DNA of 64,000 nt. Source: Eledone cirrhosa (lineage: Eukaryota). Below are positions 54,101 through 64,000 of the stretch, piece after piece. The notes below the pieces were generated by a model. The model was given only the letters and a program-made list of their open reading frames with translations. It was not told the origin of the DNA and searched no databases. A program made the translations under genes and the position numbers. The DNA lies in the NCBI GenBank assembly GCA_964016885.1, contig OZ024764.1:21390001-21454000 (forward strand), given 5' to 3'. Position 1 is the stretch's first letter. Each line of letters begins with the position of its first letter.

Positions 54101-57100
54101 ACTTTTATTAGTCAGTTTAATCTAATGTAATAACTACTTTTATCAGTCAGTTTTAATCTAATGTCACTAATAACTACTTTTATCAGTCAGTTTAATCTAA
54201 TGTAATAACTACTTTTATCAGTCAGTATAATCTAATGTCACTAATAACTACTTTTATCAGTCAGTTTTAATCTAATGTCACTAATAACTACTTTTATCAT
54301 TCAGTTTAATCTAATGTCACTAATAACTACTTTTATCAGTCAGTTTAATCTAATGTAATAACTACTTTTATCAGTCAGTTTTAATCTAATGTCACTAATA
54401 ACTACTTTTATCAGTCAGTTTAATCTAATGTAATAACTACTTTTATCAGTCAGTATAATCTAATGTCACTAATAACTACTTTTATCAGTCAGTATAATCT
54501 AATGTCACTAATAACTACTTTTATCAGTCAGTTTAATCTAATGTCACTAATAACTACTTTTATCAGTCAGTTTAATCTAATGTCACTAATAACTACTTTT
54601 ATCAGTCAGTATAATCGAATGTCACTAATAACTACTTTTATCAGTCAGTTTAATCTAATGTAATAACTACTTTTATCAGTCAGTATAATCTAATGTCACT
54701 AATAACTACTTGTATCAGTCAGTATAATCTAATGTCACTAATAACTACTTGTATCAGTCAGTATAATCTAATGTCACTAATAACTACTTTTATCAGTCAG
54801 TTTAATCTAATGTCACTAATAACTACTTTTATCAGTCAGTATAATCGAATGTCACTAATAACTACTTTTATCAGTCAGTTTAATCTAATGTAATAACTAC
54901 TTTTATCAGTCAGTATAATCTAATGTCACTAATAACTACTTTTATCAGTCAGTATAATCTAATGTCACTAATAACTACTTTTATCAGTCAGTATAATCTA
55001 ATGTCACTAATAACTACTTTTATCAGTCAGTATAATCTAATGTCACTAATAACTACTTTTATCAGTCAGTTTAATCTAATGTCACTAATAACTACTTTTA
55101 TCAGTCAGTTTAATCTAATGTCACTAATAACTACTTTTATCAGTCAGTATAATCTAATGTCACTAATAACTACTTTTATCAGTCAGTATAATCTAATGTC
55201 ACTAATAACTACTTTTATCAGTCAGTTTAATCTGTCACTAATAACTACTTTTATCAGTCAGTATAATCTAATGTCACTAATAACTACTTTTATCAGTCAG
55301 TTTAATCTAATGTCACTAATAACTACTTTTATCAGTCAGTTTAATCTAATGTCACTAATAACTACTTTTATCAGTCAGTATAATCTAATGTCACTAATAA
55401 CTACTTTTATCAGTCAGTATAATCTAATGTCACTAATAACTACTTTTATCAGTCAGTTTAATCTGTCACTAATAACTACTTTTATCAGTCAGTTTAATCT
55501 ACTGCCACTAATAACTACTTTTATCAGTCAGTTTAATCTAATGTCACTAATAACTACTTTTATCAGTCAGTTTAATCTAATGTCACTAATAACTACTTTT
55601 ATCAGTCAGTTTAATCTAATGTCACTAATAACTACTTTTATCAGTCAGTATAATCTAATGTCACTAATAACTACTTTTATCAGTCAGTTTAATCTGTCAC
55701 TAATAACTACTTTTATCAGTCAGTATAATCTAATGTCACTAATAACTACTTTTATCAGTCAGTTTAATCTAATGTCACTAATAACTACTTTTATCAGTCA
55801 GTATAATCTACTGCCACTAATAACTACTTTTATCAGTCAGTTTAATCTAATGTCACTAATAACTACTTTTATCAGTCAGTATAATCTAATGTCACTAATA
55901 ACTACTTTTATCAGTCAGTTTAATCTAATGTCACTAATAACTACTTTTATCAGTCAGTATAATCTACTGCCACTAATAACTACTTTTATCAGTCAGTTTA
56001 ATCTAATGTCACTAATAACTACTTTTATCAGTCAGTTTAATCTAATGTCACTAATAACTACTTTTATCAGTCAGTTTAATCTAATGTCACTAATAACTAC
56101 TTTTATCAGTCAGTTTAATCTAATGTCACTAATAACTACTTTCATCAGTCAGTTTAATCTACTGCCACTAATAACTACTTTTATCAGTCAGTATAATCTA
56201 ATGTCACTAATAACTACTTTTATCAGTCAGTTTAATCTAATGTCACTAATAACTACTTTTATCAGTCAGTTTAATCTAATGTCACTAATAACTACTTTTA
56301 TCAGTCAGTTTAATCTAATGTCACTAATAACTACTTTTATCAGTCAGTTTAATCTAATGTCACTAATAACTACTTTTATCAGTCAGTTTAATCTAATGTC
56401 ACTAATAACTACTTTTATCAGTCAGTTTAATCTAATGTCACTAATAACTACTTTTATCAGTCAGTATAATCTAATGTCACTAATAACTACTTTTATCAGT
56501 CAGTATAATCTAATGTCACTAATAACTACTTTTATCAGTCAGTTTAATCTAATGTAATAACTACTTTTATCAGTCAGTTTTAATCTAATGTCACTAATAA
56601 CTACTTTTATCAGTCAGTTTAATCTAATGTCACTAATAACTACTTTTATCAATCAGTTTAATCTAATGTCACTAATAACTACTTTTATCAGTCAGTTTAA
56701 TCTAATGTCACTAATAACTACTTTTATCAGTCAGTTTAATCTAATGTCACTAATAACTACTTTTATTAGTCAGTTTAATCTAATGTAATAACTACTTTTA
56801 TCAGTCAGTTTTAATCTAATGTCACTAATAACTACTTTTATCAGTCAGTTTAATCTAATGTAATAACTACTTTTATCAGTCAGTATAATCTAATGTCACT
56901 AATAACTACTTTTATCAGTCAGTTTTAATCTAATGTCACTAATAACTACTTTTATCATTCAGTTTAATCTAATGTCACTAATAACTACTTTTATCAGTCA
57001 GTTTAATCTAATGTAATAACTACTTTTATCAGTCAGTTTTAATCTAATGTCACTAATAACTACTTTTATCAGTCAGTTTAATCTAATGTAATAACTACTT

Positions 57101-60100
57101 TTATCAGTCAGTATAATCTAATGTCACTAATAACTACTTTTATCAGTCAGTATAATCTAATGTCACTAATAACTACTTTTATCAGTCAGTTTAATCTAAT
57201 GTCACTAATAACTACTTTTATCAGTCAGTTTAATCTAATGTCACTAATAACTACTTTTATCAGTCAGTATAATCGAATGTCACTAATAACTACTTTTATC
57301 AGTCAGTTTAATCTAATGTAATAACTACTTTTATCAGTCAGTATAATCTAATGTCACTAATAACTACTTGTATCAGTCAGTATAATCTAATGTCACTAAT
57401 AACTACTTGTATCAGTCAGTATAATCTAATGTCACTAATAACTACTTTTATCAGTCAGTTTAATCTAATGTCACTAATAACTACTTTTATCAGTCAGTAT
57501 AATCGAATGTCACTAATAACTACTTTTATCAGTCAGTTTAATCTAATGTAATAACTACTTTTATCAGTCAGTATAATCTAATGTCACTAATAACTACTTT
57601 TATCAGTCAGTATAATCTAATGTCACTAATAACTACTTTTATCAGTCAGTATAATCTAATGTCACTAATAACTACTTTTATCAGTCAGTATAATCTAATG
57701 TCACTAATAACTACTTTTATCAGTCAGTTTAATCTAATGTCACTAATAACTACTTTTATCAGTCAGTTTAATCTAATGTCACTAATAACTACTTTTATCA
57801 GTCAGTATAATCTAATGTCACTAATAACTACTTTTATCAGTCAGTATAATCTAATGTCACTAATAACTACTTTTATCAGTCAGTTTAATCTGTCACTAAT
57901 AACTACTTTTATCAGTCAGTTTAATCTACTGCCACTAATAACTACTTTTATCAGTCAGTTTAATCTAATGTCACTAATAACTACTTTTATCAGTCAGTTT
58001 AATCTAATGTCACTAATAACTACTTTTATCAGTCAGTTTAATCTAATGTCACTAATAACTACTTTTATCAGTCAGTATAATCTAATGTCACTAATAACTA
58101 CTTTTATCAGTCAGTTTAATCTGTCACTAATAACTACTTTTATCAGTCAGTTTAATCTAATGTCACTAATAACTACTTTTATCAGTCAGTTTAATCTGTC
58201 ACTAATAACTACTTTTATCAGTCAGTTTAATCTAATGTCACTAATAACTACTTTCATCAGTCAGTTTAATCTACTGCCACTAATAACTACTTTTATCAGT
58301 CAGTATAATCTAATGTCACTAATAACTACGTTTATCAGTCAGTATAATCTACTGCCACTAATAACTACTTTTATCAGTCAGTATAATCTAATGTCACTAA
58401 TAACTACTTTTATCAGTCAGTTTAATCTACTGCCACTAATAACTACTTTTATCAGTCAGTATAATCTAATGTCACTAATAACTACTTTTATCAGTCAGTA
58501 TAATCTACTGCCACTAACTACTTTTATCAGTCAGTTTAATCTAATGTCACTAATAACTACTTTTATCGGTCAGTTTAATCTAATGTAATAACTACTTTTA
58601 TCAGTCAGTTTAATCTAATGTCACTAATAACTACTTTTATCAGTCAGTTTAATCTAATGTCACTAATAACTACTTTTATCAGTCAGTTTAATCTAATGTA
58701 ATAACTACTTTTATCAGTCAGTTTAATCTAATGTAATAACTACTTTTATCAGTCAGTTTAATCTAATGTCACTAATAACTACTTTTATCAGTCAGTTTAA
58801 TCTAATGTAATAACTACTTTTATCAGTCAGTTTTAATCTAATGTCACTAATAACTACTTTTATCAGTCAGTTTAATCTAATGTCACTAATAACTACTTTT
58901 ATCAATCAGTTTAATCTAATGTCACTAATAACTACTTTTATCAGTCAGTTTAATCTAATGTAATAACTACTTTTATCAGTCAGTTTAATCTAATGTCACT
59001 AATAACTACTTTTATCAGTCAGTTTAATCTAATGTCACTAATAACTACTTTTATCAGTCAGTTTAATCTAATGTCACTAATAACTACTTTTATCACTCAG
59101 TTTAATCTAATGTCACTAATAACTACTTTTATCAGTCAGTTTAATCTAATGTCACTAATAACTACTTTTATCAGTCAGTATAATCTAATGTCACTAATAA
59201 CTACTTTTATCAGTCAGTTTAATCTAATGTCACTAATAACTACTTTTATCAGTCAGTTTAATCTAATGTAATAACTACTTTTATCAGTCAGTTTTAATCT
59301 AATGTCACTAATAACTACTTTTATCAGTCAGTTTATTCTAATGTCACTAATAACTACTTTTATCAATCAGTTTAATCTAATGTCACTAATAACTACTTTT
59401 ATCAGTCAGTTTAATCTAATGTCACTAATAACTACTTTTATCAGTCAGTTTAATCTAATGTCACTAATAACTACTTTTATCAGTCAGTTTAATCTAATGT
59501 AATAACTACTTTTATCAGTCAGTTTTAATCTAATGTCACTAATAACTACTTTTATCAGTCAGTTTATTCTAATGTCACTAATAACTACTTTTATCAATCA
59601 GTTTAATCTAATGTCACTAATAACTACTTTTATCAGTCAGTTTAATCTAATGTCACTAATAACTACTTTTATCAGTCAGTTTAATCTAATGTAATAACTA
59701 CTTTTATCAGTCAGTTTTAATCTAATGTCACTAATAACTACTTTTATCAGTCAGTTTAATCTAATGTAATAACTACTTTTATCAGTCAGTATAATCTAAT
59801 GTCACTAATAACTACTTTTATCAGTCAGTTTTAATCTAATGTCACTAATAACTACTTTTATCAGTCAGTTTAATCTAATGTCACTAATAACTACTTTTAT
59901 CAGTCAGTTTAATCTAATGTAATAACTACTTTTATCAGTCAGTTTTAATCTAATGTCACTAATAACTACTTTTATCAGTCAGTTTAATCTAATGTAATAA
60001 CTACTTTTTCAGTCAGTATAATCTAATGTCACTAATAACTACTTTTATCAGTCAGTATAATCTAATGTCACTAATAACTACTTTTATCAGTCAGTTTAAT

Positions 60101-63100
60101 CTAATGTCACTAATAACTACTTTTATCAGTCAGTTTAATCTAATGTCACTAATAACTACTTTTATCAGTCAGTATAATCGAATGTCACTAATAACTACTT
60201 TTATCAGTCAGTTTAATCTAATGTCACTAATAACTACTTTTATCAGTCAGTATAATCTAATGTCACTAATAACTACTTGTATCAGTCAGTATAATCTAAT
60301 GTCACTAATAACTACTTGTATCAGTCAGTATAATCTAATGTCACTAATAACTACTTTTATCAGTCAGTTTAATCTAATGTCACTAATAACTACTTTTATC
60401 AGTCAGTATAATCGAATGTCACTAATAACTACTTTTATCAGTCAGTTTAATCTAATGTAATAACTACTTTTATCAGTCAGTATAATCTAATGTCACTAAT
60501 AACTACTTTTATCAGTCAGTATAATCGAATGTCACTAATAACTACTTTTATCAGTCAGTTTAATCTAATGTAATAACTACTTTTATCAGTCAGTATAATC
60601 TAATGTCACTAATAACTACTTTTATCAGTCAGTATAATCTAATGTCACTAATAACTACTTTTATCAGTCAATATAATCTAATGTCACTAATAACTACTTT
60701 TATCAGTCAGTATAATCTAATGTCACTAATAACTACTTTTATCAGTCAGTATAATCGAATGTCACTAATAACTACTTTTATCAGTCAGTTTAATCTAATG
60801 TAATAACTACTTTTATCAGTCAGTTTAATCTAATGTCACTAATAACTACTTTTATCAGTCAGTTTAATCTAATGTCACTAATAACTACTTTTATCAGTCA
60901 GTTTAATCTAATGTAATAACTACTTTTATCAGTCAGTTTTAATCTAATGTCACTAATAACTACTTTTATCAGTCAGTTTAATCTAATGTAATAACTACTT
61001 TTATCAGTCAGTATAATCTAATGTCACTAATAACTACTTTTATCAGTCAGTTTTAATCTAATGTCACTAATAACTACTTTTATCAGTCAGTTTAATCTAA
61101 TGTCACTAATAACTACTTTTATCAGTCAGTTTAATCTAATGTAATAACTACTTTTATCAGTCAGTTTTAATCTAATGTCACTAATAACTACTTTTATCAG
61201 TCAGTTTAATCTAATGTAATAACTACTTTTTCAGTCAGTATAATCTAATGTCACTAATAACTACTTTTATCAGTCAGTATAATCTAATGTCACTAATAAC
61301 TACTTTTATCAGTCAGTTTAATCTAATGTCACTAATAACTACTTTTATCAGTCAGTTTAATCTAATGTCACTAATAACTACTTTTATCAGTCAGTATAAT
61401 CGAATGTCACTAATAACTACTTTTATCAGTCAGTTTAATCTAATGTCACTAATAACTACTTTTATCAGTCAGTATAATCTAATGTCACTAATAACTACTT
61501 GTATCAGTCAGTATAATCTAATGTCACTAATAACTACTTGTATCAGTCAGTATAATCTAATGTCACTAATAACTACTTTTATCAGTCAGTTTAATCTAAT
61601 GTCACTAATAACTACTTTTATCAGTCAGTATAATCGAATGTCACTAATAACTACTTTTATCAGTCAGTTTAATCTAATGTAATAACTACTTTTATCAGTC
61701 AGTATAATCTAATGTCACTAATAACTACTTTTATCAGTCAGTATAATCGAATGTCACTAATAACTACTTTTATCAGTCAGTTTAATCTAATGTAATAACT
61801 ACTTTTATCAGTCAGTATAATCTAATGTCACTAATAACTACTTTTATCAGTCAGTATAATCTAATGTCACTAATAACTACTTTTATCAGTCAATATAATC
61901 TAATGTCACTAATAACTACTTTTATCAGTCAGTATAATCTAATGTCACTAATAACTACTTTTATCAGTCAGTATAATCTAATGTCACTAATAACTACTTT
62001 TATCAGTCAATATAATCTAATGTCACTAATAACTACTTTTATCAGTCAGTATAATCTAATGTCACTAATAACTACTTTTATCAGTCAGTATAATCTAATG
62101 TCACTAATAACTACTTTTATGAGTCAGTATAATCTAATCTCACTAATAACTACTTTTATCAGTCAGTATAATCTAATGTCACTAATAACTACTTTTATCA
62201 GTCAGTATAATCTAATGTCACTAATAACTACTTTTATGAGTCAGTATAATCTAATGTCACTAATAACTACTTTTATCAGTCAGTATAATCTAATGTCACT
62301 AATAACTACTTTTATCAGTCAGTTTAATCTAATGTAATAACTACTTGTATCAGTCAGTATAATCTAATGTCACTAATAACTACTTGTATCAGTCAGTATA
62401 ATCTAATGTCACTAATAACTACTTTTATCAGTCAGTATAATCTAATGTCACTAATAACTACTTTTATCAGTCAGTATAATCTAATCTCACTAATAACTAC
62501 TTTTATCAATCAGTTTAATCTAATGTCACTAATAACTACTTTTATCAGTCAGTATAATCTAATGTCACTAATAACTACTTTTATGAGTCAGTATAATCTA
62601 ATCTCACTAATAACTACTTTTATCAGTCAGTATAATCTAATGTCACTAATAACTACTTTTATCAGTCAGTATAATCTAATCTCACTAATAACTACTTTTA
62701 TCAATCAGTTTAATCTAATGTCACTAATAACTACTTTTATCAGTCAGTATAATCTAATGTCACTAATAACTACTTTTATCACTCAGTATAATCTAATGTC
62801 ACTAATAACTACTTTTATCAGTCAGTTTAATCTAATGTCACTAATAACTACTTTTATCAGTCAGTTTAATCTAATGTCACTAATAACTACTTTTATCACT
62901 CAGTATAATCTAATGTCACTAATAACTACTTTTATCAGTCAGTTTAATCTAATGTCACTAATAACTACTTTTATCAATCAGTTTAATCTAATGTCACTAA
63001 TAACTACTTTTATCAGTCAGTTTAATCTAATGTCACTAATAACTACTTTTATCAGTCAGTTTAATCTAATGTAATAACTACTTTTATCAGTCAGTTTTAA

Positions 63101-64000
63101 TCTAATGTCACTAATAACTACTTTTATCAGTCAGTTTAATCTAATGTCACTAATAACTACTTTTATCAGTCAGTTTAATCTAATGTAATAACTACTTTTA
63201 TCAGTCAGTTTTAATCTAATGTCACTAATAACTACTTTTATCAGTCAGTTTAATCTAATGTCACTAATAACTACTTTTATCAATCAGTTTAATCTAATGT
63301 CACTAATAACTACTTTTATCAGTCAGTTTAATCTAATGTCACTAATAACTACTTTTATCAGTCAGTTTAATCTAATGTCACTAATAACTACTTTTATCAG
63401 TCAGTTTAATCTAATGTAATAACTACTTTTATCAGTCAGTTTTAATCTAATGTCACTAATAACTACTTTTATCAGTCAGTTTAATCTAATGTAATAACTA
63501 CTTTTATCAGTCAGTATAATCTAATGTCACTAATAACTACTTTTATCAGTCAGTTTTAATCTAATGTCACTAATAACTACTTTTATCAGTCAGTTTAATC
63601 TAAAGTCACTAATAACTACTTGTATCAGTCAGTATAATCTAATGTCACTAATAACTACTTGTATCAGTCAGTTTAATCTAATGTCACTAATAACTACTTT
63701 TATCAGTCAGTATAATCTAATGTCACTAATAACTACTTGTATCAGTCAGTATAATCTAATGTCACTAATAACTACTTGTATCAGTCAGTATAATCTAATG
63801 TCACTAATAACTACTTTTATCAGTCAGTTTAATCTAATGTCACTAATAACTACTTTTATCAGTCAGTATAATCGAATGTCACTAATAACTACTTTTATCA
63901 GTCAGTATAATCGAATGTCACTAATAACTACTTTTATCAGTCAGTATAATCTAATGTCACTAATAACTACTTTTATCAGTCAGTATAATCGAATGTCACT
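15124..64000 (+). repeat. 39-bp AT-rich satellite array, at least 48.9 kb, roughly 1,270 head-to-tail monomers with higher-order duplications
   Basis: Monomer TTAATCTAATGTCACTAATAACTACTTTTATCAGTCAGT. Common variants are TTTAAT/TATAAT, a 4-bp CACT deletion (35 bp), +T (40 bp) and 3-bp deletions (36 bp). Single orientation, no insertions seen, runs off the window end. Copy number is estimated from length. Confidence 0.99.

Noticed and set aside
15285-63419. Dozens of ORFs up to 544 aa of (MSLITTFISQF/YNL)n as a repeat-protein family
   Set aside because: A 39-bp unit with one stop-free frame produces them automatically. Frameshifting -4 and +1 variants are abundant, there are no unique N- or C-terminal domains, and substitutions are not biased to synonymous sites. 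Only ribosome profiling or proteomics could rescue the idea.
15124-64000. CRISPR array or diversity-generating cassette array
   Set aside because: Monomers are directly adjacent with no unique spacers, there are no cas or recombinase genes, and the context is eukaryotic.

Overview
Eukaryotic (animal), repeat-dominated DNA with no intact protein-coding gene, rRNA, tRNA or CRISPR. The SINE and zinc-finger motifs resemble octopod cephalopod sequence as I recall it; this is an inference, not a database result. Positions 1-15123 are a mosaic of mobile-element remnants: a Buster/SPIN-type hAT transposon with both TIRs and an 8-bp TSD (4713-6755) plus a duplicated partial copy (1-751), two non-autonomous Helitrons, RTE-clade LINE fragments, tRNA-derived SINE pieces, a palindromic MITE with central TTAGGG, a piggyBac-like MITE and several minisatellites. 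They also hold a truncated C2H2 zinc-finger exon and a candidate promoter/non-coding first exon (about 8838-8971). Positions 15124-64000 are one uninterrupted ~49-kb array of a 39-bp AT-rich monomer (TTAATCTAATGTCACTAATAACTACTTTTATCAGTCAGT, roughly 1,270 copies) with nested multi-kb duplications, continuing past the window end. All MSLITTFISQ(F/Y)NL ORFs are by-products of that repeat. I cannot demonstrate a new biological system. The best lead is that the array starts exactly at a piggyBac TTAA, has a monomer resembling a 3' splice site, and may lie inside the first intron of a zinc-finger-cluster gene.
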